Shown here piece by piece: positions 24,106 to 37,400 of a stretch of 64,000 nt of DNA. This stretch comes from Sphaerodactylus townsendi. Its lineage: Eukaryota. The stretch covers positions 120,962,001-121,026,000 of the forward strand of contig NC_059430.1 of the NCBI RefSeq assembly GCF_021028975.2, in the 5' to 3' direction. Both the position numbers and the translations under genes were made by a program. Under the pieces are notes generated by a model that ran no database searches, was not told the DNA's origin, and saw nothing but the letters and a program-made list of their open reading frames with translations. The stretch's first letter is position 1; the number at the start of each line of letters is the position of its first letter.

Positions 24106-25256
24106 GCCATTATTACGATTAATTCCACACCCTTTACAATAGTTTCACTCCTTTTCACAATGGGCTGAAGTTATGTGTTGTAAGTTTCGTACAGCATAAT
24201 TTGTGTGCCAAGATGAGTGGGAAGGTGGCATAGAAAAATGCCCCATACGAGCAATCAAATTAGTATTGTCTAATGCAAATCTGTTTAGTTATACATTCCA
24301 GTATGTATATTTATAATATAAAAACCTGTGTGGAGAAGATGCAAGAGGCAAAAATTCCAACTACAAAGACTATTTGTGTGTGTGTATGCCCACTCCCAGG
24401 AAACTGTTCTTTGACATGGAAGATCACCTTTTCATTCTAGATATGTGGGAATGCTGGTTGTGTTAGGAGTGAGAGGGATGTCAAGACATATTCAAACGTA
24501 TCTTATCAGAACATTGCTCTGAAAATGCTAGCCACAGATGTAGGTGAAATGTCAGGAGCTAAAACTTCCAGACCATGGCCACACAGCCCGGAAAACCCAC
24601 ACCAGCCAGCTGATTCTGGCCTTGAAAGCCTTTGACAATTTGTATTTTTATGTGACTCATACCCCTGGAAACCAGCTTACAGTTCTCTTCTCCATTTTAT
24701 TCTAACAACCATGTGAGGCTGAGAAAGTATGACTGACCCATCAAAGTTTCATGGCAGTGTGGGGATCTGAGCCCAGATCTCTCAGGCTGTGGTCTAACAC
24801 TGACCACTACACACCACTCCTTTCCCCTCACATGTGACTGAAGAGGTTTATGGTTCACAGATGGTAAAACAGTAAAAAATTAGACTAAGTTATCAACTGC
24901 AGCTGGGTGACCAGTGGCCTAGGGATTGCAGCAACCCTCCAGAAAGTTTCTTTAGGGCCCTAGCATAGACCTTGATCTCAAGGACTTGCAGTCAGTGACC
25001 TAAACAGTTTGTTGGTGCAAACTGACAGCAATGTTTTTGTGATACTGTAATAAATAGATCTGTGTTTACAAACATCCGTCTTGGAGTCTCAATCTGGGCA
25101 TAGATGTGTGTCTCTTACACTTCCTGCAACATAACTATTTCAGCCATCTAGTGCTGGTATCCTCCTCATCTGAAGTCTCTTTAGTATTCTTCTGCCATGT
25201 TTTTCTTTTGCCGCTCACGGATGTCCTCTTACCCTTCTCTTAGATCCTGCTTCTCA

Positions 25257-25400
25257 ATGTCAGAGTCGGGGCACAGCCAACCCGGGCTGTATGAGCGTCG
25301 CCGCCGCTGGAACCGTGATAAGGAATTGGGTCACCAGAGCCTGTCTGGGCCAGGCCGGGACCGCGACTATGTCCCCTGGGACCGTGATCGAGATCGGCGG
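25257..25400 (+). CDS. SMG9: SMG9 coding exon 1
   Basis: MSESGHSQPGLYERRRRW...DRDRDRR|gtaag. Confidence 0.95.
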
Positions 25401-28400
25401 GTAAGATCTTAAGTCTGGGGACTGGGTTGGGAAGGAAGGACCAACTTTGAGGGCTCAGCCTAACCCCTTCTGTTTTTTTTAGGACCCCATGGACGAGCCA
25501 GTGGGATCCATGATGCAGAAGACCCCGATCATCCTGGCCAAGCCACCTGCAGAAAGGGTAGGGTGGGGAAGCACAGTCTGTAACCTGATGGGGTCCTAGT
25601 AGCTGATTCACTTCCGCAGCTTGTCTGGATGGTAATGCGGAAAAAGCTTACTGTTTAGAACCTAGTTGAACTAACAAAACCTTCATTTGTGGACTGTTTA
25701 AATCTAATCCATAGTCCAGGAATCAACACTTGGTAGCCCCATTCTGTCTGTTTCCCTTAGGGGATAACATACAGACTCCCCCCACAACTAAGTTGTAGTT
25801 TCTTATTCTTATTATTCTCTTTGCATTTCCTAAAACAGTAAAGTACAGAGATGTCTCAGCCAGCAGGGTAAAAGAGATGGGAGATCCCCTCTTTTTCTCA
25901 CACACTCCCTTTGCTTTCCCTTTCTTTTCATTGCTTTAGTTTGTCTCAGAAAAAGATGTTAGTTGGGTTGTATATTCCTTTGCCACAGACTCAACGTGCT
26001 GAACCTTCTTTGTTGTCCTAGGTCCACCTTGGTCCTAGTAGTGCCTACCTAGCCCTGCTCCCCCATCTGTTTGAAAGATTGAATGAACCGTAATTGCTCT
26101 TGTATCAAAGTGCCATGTTCAATAATGCACAAAATAATGGTTTTGACAAAGGGGAGTGCACAAAAATGAATTATGTTTCTCACATTCGTTTGGGACTATA
26201 TTCTAATGTGGAAGCATACAGTTTTCTCGATCGCTCCCCCACCACTGACTTTCCCAACATCTTTTTCTGAGGCAGAGTATATCTGAATGGGATGTTTGGA
26301 AAATGGATGGAGGAGGGTAGAGAACTCTGAGTCCGGCTGGTACCTGTGCAAGGATCCATAATGTTTTAGGTGGCATGGAGGGGAATGGAAGAAGCACTCC
26401 CACCCCCCACCCTAGTCAGTGGGATCTGTCAATTTGAGCAAACGCAGCTGCATATCTGTTTGTGGCCTTGAGAAGATTTGGGTGTTGGTCTTTGTGTCCT
26501 TGCAGTCCAAGGGAGCCCCGCCCGCAGCTCCCGCTCCAGCACCTGCTGCTGCCCCACCTATCGAGAAGCCCATTGTGCTGATGAAGTCCCGGGAAGAAGG
26601 CAAAGGTCCCGTGGGGGCAATAGAGACATCCACCCAGCCCCCTGCAGCTGTTGCCAAGGTGGAGAAAGAGGGCCAGCGCCCCACGCAGCCGGTCTATCAG
26701 ATCCAGAACAGGGGGATGGGCTCAACCGCATCCAGCGGCGTCATGGACCGTAAGTATAAAGCAGGACTACAGTTACACAGGAAAGGGGGCAACAAGGGTT
26801 GCCAGTTAAACATATCTAATAGTTAACAGTGCAACCAAGGTTTGTGAGATTAAATCCAAGGTTTTAATTATTTTGTTTATGAAATTTATTCCCCACCGTT
26901 CCTTTGACAAGCCAGGCTCGGAGTGGCTTACAAGAAAGTACAATGCAATTCGTGAGACACTCTGAAAAGGCACTAATAATGATAAATAAATGTATTAAAA
27001 TATATAACACTATTAAAAAAAAACTCCTATGGAAACATAGCCGCATCCAACAGCCAATCAGTAAAATGATCTGGTGGAAGCAATGCAAGAACTGCAAGAC
27101 ATACACAGTGACTGACTGAAAGTTCTTGTCTTGCAAGCCCTGTGGAAGGTAACAAGTCCTGCCAGGCACGTGTGTCCTCTGACAAAACATTCCACCACGA
27201 TGGGGCTGCCAGAATGACGCTCCTGGGGATGTTGGTTTTGAGAGCTTTGAGGAGCAGCAGTGGCGTAGTGGTTAAGAGCAGGTGTACTCTAATCTGGAGA
27301 AACCGGGTTTGATTCCCCACTCTGCCGCTTGAGCTGTGGAGGCTTATCTGGGGAATTCAGATTAGCCTGTGCACTCCAGCACATGCCAGCTGGGTGACCT
27401 TGGGCTAGTCACAGTTCTTCGGCATGCTCTCAACCTCACTCACCTCACAGGGTGTTTGTTGTGGGGGGGTGAAGGGAAAGGAGTTTGTTAGCCCCTTTGA
27501 GTCTCCTTGCAGAAGAGAAAGGGGGGATATAAATCCAACTCTTCTTCTTCCATGAAGAAAGAGATGTGCAAAGCGAGAGTTGGATTATTATGTGAGGTGG
27601 GATCCTGGGGATCTGCCTGTAGGGTTGTCCACTAGCTCCTTCTGACTCCCAACCCTTTTCGTCTTTCCAGCTGTGGTCGGTCAGGCCAAGCTGCTAGCCC
27701 CAGAGAGGATGAAACATAGCATCAAGCTCGTGGATGACCAAATGAACTGGTGCGACAGTGCCATTGACGTATGTATTCATTTTATGTAGTTATGCTATTT
27801 GTGGCCCTCCTTTGGGACTCTTAAGTGAGTTGATACAATGTACAGGATGGGTCATTCAATACACAATTGAATGGTGCCTTGCAGACCGCATTACCCCATA
27901 TGTCCCTTCTAGGCCTCTGCGTTCAGCAGAGGCCAATTTGCTGCTGGTTTCCGGCCCCTCCATGATGCGGCTGGTCTCCACTCGGGCCAGGGCTTTTACG
28001 GCCCTGGCCCCTGCCTGGTGGAACACCCTTCCTCCAGCTGTCCGGGCCCTGCAGGATCTTGGTGAGTTCCGCAGGGCCTGTTCCACCGGGCTTGGTGAGT
28101 TCCGCAGGGCCTGTTCCACCGGGCTTTTGGAGTGTCTGGCCACTGATGTGCCCCCTCCCCGCCTCTACTCTAGTTTCCTGTGTTGGGGTCCCTTTACCAC
28201 CTATGGGACCCCTCTCCCCCCCTTTGGGAAGGTCTTTTAATAAGGATTTTGTTGCTGACGCTGTTTTTATTTGCAGACCGCTGTGTTTATTTTAAATGGG
28301 TTTTAATTATATGTTGCTTAATTACGTTGTTCACCGCCCAGAGCCCTTCGGGGGTAGGGCGGTATAAAAAACTCATAAATAAACAAATAAATAATATAGT

Positions 28401-31400
28401 GGTGAACAATACAATAGGACAAACCAGAAATCTTTAAAAAAAACCAGAACTGAACAAAACATATTGACAATATTTTAAGCAGCGCGAAGCTTCTCACATC
28501 AATCTATACACAGTACTATTGACCACGGTCCCTAATAATTTATCCAAAGAACTTTGTGAATTATTCTGGTCAGTGCTACTCTGTTGCCTGCATAGAAAAG
28601 CCCTCTTTAATAACTCAATTTTGCATAATTTGTAGATAGCCAGGAGACTGGGAGTCTTCCTGAACTCCGCAAGAAGGCCGTTCGATAAGGACTGTGCAGC
28701 ATCCAGAGAGTCCCTACTATCATTGTTTATCTGAATGTTCCTTCTGTTGCCTGTGGTCTTCCCAAGACATGTTGGACAAAAATTCTTTCCATATGGGATT
28801 CGGGTGGCACCATACTACGTGGGAAAAAGTTATGAGTTTCCCTTTCCAATACACCGCTACTGTGACAGCTTCTTTGGAAAGCGGGTGTCCTGTAGACTAA
28901 TCTCCTTCCACGCCCTAGGTTACAGAGCATACAATCATCGAGATTTCAGTTCTAGCTAGAGTAGTTACTGGTATTTTCTGTCTTGTTATTTCTCATTAGT
29001 TCCTCCTGGACCAAACTGATGTACTGGTAGTTGGAGTGCTGGGATTGCAGGGTACTGGCAAGTCCATGGTGATGTCACTTTTGTCAGCCAATCAACCTGA
29101 AGAGGACCAGAGGTACTCGGGAGATGGGGAAGTGAAGGAGCTAGTTGGAAATGGCTGGTCATTGGGTGTTAAAAGAAAGAGGCTGGGAGAATAAATTGAA
29201 GGAGGGATGTATCTGGAGTTTCTGAAAGTGTTGCATAAGGTGTTTAAGCTTGGATAGAGAGGGGTAGGTCTGGCTCTGGATATTTAAGCCAGGTTGCGGC
29301 AGGACTGGCACTAGGTAATAAAAGATTGAAAGTAGCAGTCAAGGGAAATGCTTTGTACTGGGTTTGGAGCTGTTGTAGTTGGAGCAGTGAGTTGGGGGTT
29401 AAAAAGTCGGTGTGGTACAGGAGGACTGAAAGCCTGCAATCAAAGAATTGGTTTGTTGGTTGAAATTGACATGTGAAATTCAGCCCCAACTTTCCTCTCT
29501 TTTCCTGGATCACATTAGTTAAAAGTCCACTTCTTCTTTGCCTATTAAAGCCTAGAAGAAGATTTAATCCCTAATAATTACCCCTTCCCTCAGATATTGG
29601 ACTGCAGAAGTTCTTTTAGTTTTGGTACCTGAGCACTTGAGACGTTTATGAATATTCCATGCCCTCGCAACAGTTCCGCCAATCAGAGACAGAAGCTTCG
29701 CCGCCATGAGTGTCACACAATTCAAATCGTCCAACCTTCTGTGCTTCTTAGCTCCTGGTCCCATCTCCTCTTTTTCAGAACCTACGTGTTCCGCACTCAG
29801 AGCCAAGAGATCAAGGAGCGTGGGGGCAACCAGACTAGCGGCATTGACTTCTTCATCACTCAGGAGCGAATCATCTTCTTGGACACTCAGGTGTGTAAAA
29901 TGGACTTCTGTCAACAGTTCCTTCCAGATGTCCTCTACAGAAGCTCGTGCATGGAAACTACCATAGTAATTTGGGACAATTCAATCTACTCCACAGATGC
30001 TTCCTTCATCTCCTGTGGATAAAGATGTATCTTGTTTTGAAACTGAAGCTATTTAATTAGGGTAACTGGTCAGGCCCTGGTAGCAGGTAGCCACGCCTCT
30101 TTGCCACAGGGCACAATCCCTTGTGAAGCATGCATTTCAGAGATGAATTTGTTGGAAGGACTAAAACAGGGAGCAAAAAAGGTCAAGAACAAGGAAGATT
30201 CCAGGTGTAGATACATAGACTGCAGAGGCTGCTCTCTTGCTTTTGCAAGATGTTGGAGCGGTGATGTGTCCAAGAGCTGGGGGGAAGGGGAAAGTCATAC
30301 CAGTGTAGCTTCATAAAGTTAACTACCTTATATACTCGCGTATAAGTCTACTTTTTCAGCACATTTTTTGTGCTGAAAAAAGCTCCCCTCAACTTATACG
30401 CAAGTGAGGGTCTTACCTAATTCTTGTGTGGCGTTCCCCCTCTCCCGTCTTCGCTCTCTCCTGCCTTCTTCTCTGCCTCCACCCTTTCAGCCGCTTTCTC
30501 TGCCTCTGCTTCGTTCTCCTCTGCCTTCTTCTCTGCCTCCCCCCTTTCAGCCGCTTTCTCAGCCTCCTTCTCTGCTTCACTCTCCTCTGCCTTCTTCTCC
30601 TTCTGACTCCTTTCAGCCGCTTTCTCTGCCTCTGCCTTCTTCTTGGTGGCGGCTGGCCCCTGGGTCTTGGCGGTTGACAGCCAGTCGACCTGGGTGAGCT
30701 GGACAAGCTGTGGGATGGAGAGGTCGGTGGCAGAGATCTTGGGATTGGTGAGATGGGGGGTCAGTGGCAGAGACCCCCAAATAGTACCTGACCATATCTA
30801 TAATTTACCAGTAGCTGCTGCATTTCCCACCTTACACTTATACTTTTTTTCGGGGTCAATACGTTTTCCCAGTTTTTTGTGGTATAATTAGGTGCCTTGA
30901 CTTATATTCAGGTCGACTTATACACGAGTATATATGGCAATTTCCACCAAAATGTTGAATCTCTTTGCAGCCAATCCTCAGCCCCTCCATCCTGGACCAC
31001 CTCATTAACAACGATCGCAAGCTGCCTCCTGAGTATAACCTACCGCACACCTATGTTGAGATGCAGGTAGGGATCATTCCTGTTCTGTGCGAGTTGGCCC
31101 TTTGGAGGATGCGAGGCCAATGCAGGATACATTAATGTCTTTCTACCTTGTAGTGTGTGGACAACTCTCTTCTATCTGTTTGTTGCTGCTGTTTCTGGTA
31201 CCGTGGTCCTAAAGCCTGTCACATTTTACTGGGTTCTATATTTTGTAATCTGCCTTCAGTCTCAGCGAGGAAGGCAGAGTACAAAATAAAGCAAAATAGA
31301 TCCTACAGAACTCTTTGCCTCTGGCAGGAGGAGTGGGGCGGATCTCCCTATCCAAATCATAAGAGAAAGGATACAGTTTGAATGGGTGGGGCCTTGCCTG

Positions 31401-34400
31401 TGACATACTCTGTCTATGGCAGGCAAAGATTCTCTCTTTCCATGTGTCCCTGTGAACTAACTGCAGTCATCTGGCAGTTGTTCGTTGGCTGTTCTACCAG
31501 TTAGGGTGACTCGTCTGGCTTCAGCCAAAACCTGGGCCTTGTCCTTTGTGGCTCCGGTGCTGTGGAATGGGCACCATAAAGAAGAGAAGAAGAGTTTGGA
31601 TTTATATCCCCCCTTTCTCTCCTGCAGGAGACTCAAAGGGGGGGCCCCTCCTTGGAGATCTTTAGGAAGCTCTACCTGTTTGCCATGGCTTTTGACAGGG
31701 TTTAAATGGCAGGCATCTTTGAAGAGGGGATTTAGGACTTGCTATTTTATCTTTGGTTTTTGCTGGGGATGTTTTAACTATTACCGTAAGCCACTTTGAA
31801 CCAAGAGGAAAAGCAGGGTATGCATTGGCTGTTGTGGGTTTTCCAGGCTGAGCGGCCATGGTCTGGTAGCTTTTGCTCCTGATGTTTTGTCCGCATCTGT
31901 GGCTGGCATCTTCAGAGGCATGTCACAATAAGCTATGTACAGAGAAAAAGACAGCTCACTGTGACATTCCTCTGACGATGCCAGCCGTAGACGCGTGTAA
32001 AATGTTTGGAACGAAAACTACCAAGACCACGGCCACACACGGCCCGGAAAGCGCACAACACCCAGTTGATTCCGGTCATGAAAGCCTTCGGGAATAAAAT
32101 GCAGGATATATACATTTTTAAAAAATAATAGCAATATATAAGGTCAGGCTCCTTCTAGTAAAACCCACTCTTTAGTCCTGTTTCCCCTTAACACTTGTAC
32201 AAGCTGTGCTTGGCTCCCTTCTTCCCTCCCATCTACTTCCATTGCTAGTGAATTCCAAACTGTCTCACATTCCAAGGAGAGCTCACGTTGAAACTTGGTG
32301 TAGGGACAAGGATGCTCTTGGCCCTTTCTTCTTCGGAGTGTAGTCCTAGAGGTGTTTTCAGTGGTTTAAATCAAGGCCAATTGGCCATGCCAGAAGGGGC
32401 TGATGGGAATTGTACTCCATTAACATCTGAAGCACCAGAGTTGGACCCCTCTGATTTAAATGGAAGCTTCCAAGGATCTCCTTGGCAATGTCATATGATT
32501 CCTGCTAATAGCTGCTTTCCTCCCAGTCCCTCCAGATCGCCGCTTTCCTGTTCACCGTCTGCCACGTGGTCATCGTAGTGCAGGACTGGTTCACGGATCT
32601 GAGCCTGTACAGGTGAGAAAAGCCTGTGGGTGCGGTTCAGATGAAGGGGCCAGCACTAGTTTGAAAAAGAAGCTGTAACACCGAATTAAATCAGCAGGGA
32701 CAATCTTGAGCAGATTTACTCAGAGATCCGTTTTAGTCAGTGGAGCTTACTCAAGAGCCAGCATGGTGTAGTGCAGGGGTAGGGAACCTGCGGCTCTCCA
32801 GATGTTCAGGAACTACAATTCCCATCAGCCTCTGTCAGCATGGCCAATTGGCCATGCTGGTGAAACTTGATAGGAGGTATGGACCCTGTTTATCTGGAGA
32901 AAACATACCTGGTAGTGGTTAAGAGCAGTAGACTCATCCAGAGAACTGAGTTTGATTCCCCACTCCTCCACATGAATGGCAGACTCTTATCTGGTGAGCT
33001 GGATTTATTTCCTTCTACTCACGGTAGTCACCATTCTTTGTAACTCTCTCGGCCCCACCTACCTCTCCAGGTGTCTGCTTTGGGGAGAGGAGGGGAAATA
33101 AGTTTTTAAGCCACCTTGAGTCTGCTGTCCATCCCTCCATTCCACTCTTAGTTCGGGGGTCTGTTTTACTGAGGCATTGCTTGATTTCCTTGCCACAGTA
33201 AAAATCAGAAAATAAAGTGGAGAGCACAAAACTCACATCCCTTCTGTTCCAGTTGCAAGGAGGCGAATTTATTTTCTAACAAATCTTTTTTATTCCCCAA
33301 TTGCTCAAGTTCTTTTCACTGTCCCCGGCAGGTTCTTGCAGACGGCTGAGATGGTGAAACCTTCCACTCCGTCCCCCAGCCATGAATCCAGCAACTCCTC
33401 CGGCACAGACGAGGGCACAGAGTACTACCCACACATTGGTATGGAGCACTGGTTCTCAATCTGGGGGTCGGGACCCCTTTGGGGGTCGAACGACCCTTTC
33501 CCAGGGGCCGCCCAAGACTCTCTGCATCAGTGTCCTCCATCTGTCAAATGGATCAATGCTAGGGTTGGGGGTCACCACAACACGAGGGACTGCATTAAAG
33601 GGTCGCGGCATTAGGAAGGTTGAGAACCACTGGTATGGAGGAACAGAGGCATGGTTTGGTAAGGCAGGATCAACAGCCGGTCTTTCCCAGTCTCTAAGGG
33701 TAGTTGTTTCCGGAGTAGGCAGTGGGCCGGAAACCAGGGAATGGTGGGTAGTCAAGGTCGAGACGGGGGGGAAGGGGGGGGGAGCACAGAACTGACAAAG
33801 GGTGGGACCAAGGTGAAAGAGGCCAGAGGACTTCCTGCAGTGTTCTGTCCTCTCGCTGGGGTTTTTATTCATTGGTGAAAGCCATGATTTTCAGGGTGTG
33901 TAATTTTGTGGTGGTGGAAAGTGCCATCAAGTCTTAAAGTTGATTTACGGAGGTCCCGTAGGGCTTTCAAGGCAAGAGATGTTTAGCCATTGCCTGCCTC
34001 TGCCCATCGACCCTGAAATTCCTTGGTAGTCTCCCATCTAAGTGCTCACCGGAGCCCACCATGCTTAGCTTCCAGGATCTGAGGAGATTGAGCTAGCCTG
34101 CACCATCCAGGTCAGGGTGTAGAGTTTTTTTTACTGGAGACAAAAGTCCATACTTGTGCCTATAAACAGCCATGACTGTTGTTCACTCAGGAGACTGGAG
34201 GCACAGACAGGAAGCATGGTATAGTGGTTAAGAGCAGGCGGACTCTAATGTAGAGAGCCAGGTTTGATTCCTCTCTCTCTTTTTTCTCTCTTTCTCCCCA
34301 TACTAGAACCAGGGGGCATACATTGAAAATGCTGGGGGGAAGAATTAGGACAAATCAAAGGAAACGATTCTTCATGCAACGTGTGATTGGTGTTTGGAAT

Positions 34401-37400
34401 ATGCTGCCACAGGAGGTGGTGATGGCCACTAACCTGGATAGCTTTAAAAGGGGCTTGGACAGATTTATGGAGGAGAAGTCGATCTATGGCTACCAATCTT
34501 GATCCTCTTTGATCTGAGATTGCAAATGCCTTAACAGACCAGGTGCTCAGGAGCAACAGCCACAGAAGGCCATTGCTCTCACATCCTGCACGTGAGCTCC
34601 CAAAGGCATCTGGTGGGCCACTGCGAGTAGCAGAGTCCTGGACTAGATGGACTCTGGTCTGATCCATCAGGCTCTTTCTTATGTTCGTATGTTCTAATGG
34701 ACTCTTTATCTGGTGAATTACATTGCTGGGTGACCTTGGGCTAGTCACAGTTCTTCAGAACTCTCTTAGCCCCACCTATCTCCCAAGATATCTGTTGTAG
34801 GGAGAGGAAGGGAAAAGGAGTTTGTAAGTTCCTTTGTGTCTCCTTACAGGAGACATAGGGGATGGTTGGGTATAAAACCAAACTCTTCTTCTTCATTTCC
34901 CCTTCCTGTTAATGCCACATTTTGGTCAGTTGCCCTGAGCAGCAAAGACAGAATATGTTTTGTTTGTGATGGTTGTGAAACTCCTGTTTTCTCCCTGTCT
35001 CCAGTCTTTCTCCAGAACAAAGCCAAGAGGGAGAACTTCTGTCCCCGGAACCTGAAGCAGATGCACCTTGTGGTCGATAAGATCATGATGCACTCCCATC
35101 TGAAATACAAGGGTAACGCATCTTTCTGAGTCTGTCCAAAGGCCAGAAGGCCAAGTTAAAAACCGTAACGGATTGTGGAGTGAAAGCAGCGTCGTGAGCC
35201 CTCTGTGGTGTGAGCGGCATGGAGAAGAAAGGGAGATTGGGTTCATATCAGTATCAGTGCTGGTGGTTGGCCTTCGGAAGCAGAGTTTGGCTTTTCTGAA
35301 AGCAGAGATGGAGAAGAGGCTTGTAAGCAGAGCTCTGTGATTCTTGGTGAAACCCTCAAGTCTACTGAGGTCTAAAAAATTGCTCCATGTGGATTTGAAT
35401 TCTGGTACAGAATTGTAACTTTTTAAAATTAATTTTAATAGATAAAAAAATAACATAGCAGAAAAAGAGAACAGAATCAAATAATTAGTTCTAAAGACTA
35501 AGGCCATTTGTGCGCAGGGCTTCTCCTCGGGCAAGCCCACTTTACATTCAGGGAAGATTTTCAGTTACACGACAGATTTGTGACATTATCCAAGTTTGAT
35601 TTTCATTTCCACAACTGTCCCAACACTGCTGCGTTTCTGATGAATGGGAGGATGGATTTTCCCATCACGGGCAAACTCCAACCTTTTCCTCTAAATTGCC
35701 ACTAAATCTGTACCTGAACAAGTGTGCCGTGCTCGCCTCAGGTTTTTTTCCCCTCCTTCCCACCTTTTCCCCTCCCACCGACTGGTATGTTCCCCCCTTT
35801 CTTTGCTCACTCTCCCCCCCATTCAGCTGCCAGCTCCCTTGTTTCTCCCCCAGCATTCCCCATTTAGTTTCTGCTGCTGCTTGTGATGCCAAGCCTGCAT
35901 GGGGGGGGGGGGGGGGGGGAGAGAGAGAAGCTTGCTTCCGTAAGATCTGGGTTCTTTGCTCCAAAACTCCACTCCAGCTGAGTTCTCAAATATTTTTATT
36001 GAAAAAATTCAAAACAAAGAAATGAAACAAACTTTGCTTACAGAGATTTCTCAGCTAGGCACATTCCTTTTTGGATTCCTTTGTCCCCATTCTGGAAACC
36101 CATGGTCCAGAGATGCTTCTCCGGCCAAGTCCCCAGGTGGAATCTAAAATCATTTGTTTCCACCTTCACAGGAAAACTGTGTTCCGGCCACGAGGTAACT
36201 TAGGCCTTTGAAGTGCATTCTGGCACCTTTGTATCAGGCTTCCTGTTCTCCTTGTAGGAGATCAAAGATCCTTTTTACAGTTATGTGTGAGTTCCTTTGC
36301 TTCAGCGATAGCATCTTTCCATCATACTTCCCCTCTTTGGAAAGATGGATCCCTGCTTTGCAAAGGGTGGGGGGAGTCAGCATGGTGCCTGTGATGATTG
36401 GGAGAGTTCTCTCCCATAATCATAGGCAACCCCCTCCTCCGTTTGCAAAGCTAGATCCTGGCTTTGCAAAGGGTGGGGGGGGGGGAACCAGCAGGGGGCG
36501 TGCCTGTTGGCTGATATTTCCAGATAGACTGCGTATCCCACAGAAAACATGCAGCACAGTAGAACCTAGTAGATTTGATACCAAAATATCCTTTTCCAAA
36601 GAAACAGATGGCACAGAAGGAGGACTCGGGACGCTAGTGAGAGGGGAATTGTAAATGGCCCAGGATCCAGTGGAAGATCCTCTTACCCAGCAGTAGCAAA
36701 ATAGCATGGGTGCTACTCAGCCCTCTGCAAGCACCTGCAACTCCAACCAATGCATGAATACCATGCAGATATGTTGGTTCAACTACATGCAATTTTTTAA
36801 AAAGTCAACTACATGCAATTTTTTAAAAAGTCCTGTAATCATGGGGGAAGGCAGAAACCTAGGGCATCCAAAGCCAAATCCTCTGCAGAAAGAAATTAAT
36901 GCCCTACAACAGATTTGGGGGGAACAGACAGGAGAAAGGGAAGTGTAAAATGAATCCAGTTGCCTTGTGGGAAAAGCATCGGATCAACTGAACGCAAAAC
37001 TCACAGGGAGCCATAAGTGTATAAATGGCCCAAAAAGGGTAAGAACATTATACATATAATATTACCAAATGGTAAAAGTGGTCCCCTGGGCAAGCACTGG
37101 ATCATGATGGGTAAATTACCTGCAGGCTTTTGGTTTGCCACTTCCTTCCCCAGTCATCTCCACTATACTTCCAGCAAGTTGGGTACTCATTTTACCTTGG
37201 AGGATGGAAGGCTGAGTCTGGCTAAGCTGAATCTCCCTCCCAACAGGCACCCTCTCTATGCTGGACTGCAACATATTTCCTGGCCTGCCCCCGAGTTATC
37301 TGGACACAGAGGTCAACCTGTTCTTGCTGCCTTTCATGGACACAGATGCAGACGATGCTTTGCCCAGAGCAGGTGAGGAACCCCTATTCCTTCCTTCCCC

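Noticed and set aside
23727-24158. ORFs with poly-His / poly-Met tracts
   Set aside because: They are translations of the (CAT)n microsatellite in SMG9 intron 1, with no exon signals or homology
30404-30706. Repetitive Ser/Pro/Arg-rich ORFs
   Set aside because: They are translations of a minisatellite inside a non-autonomous DNA transposon in an SMG9 intron
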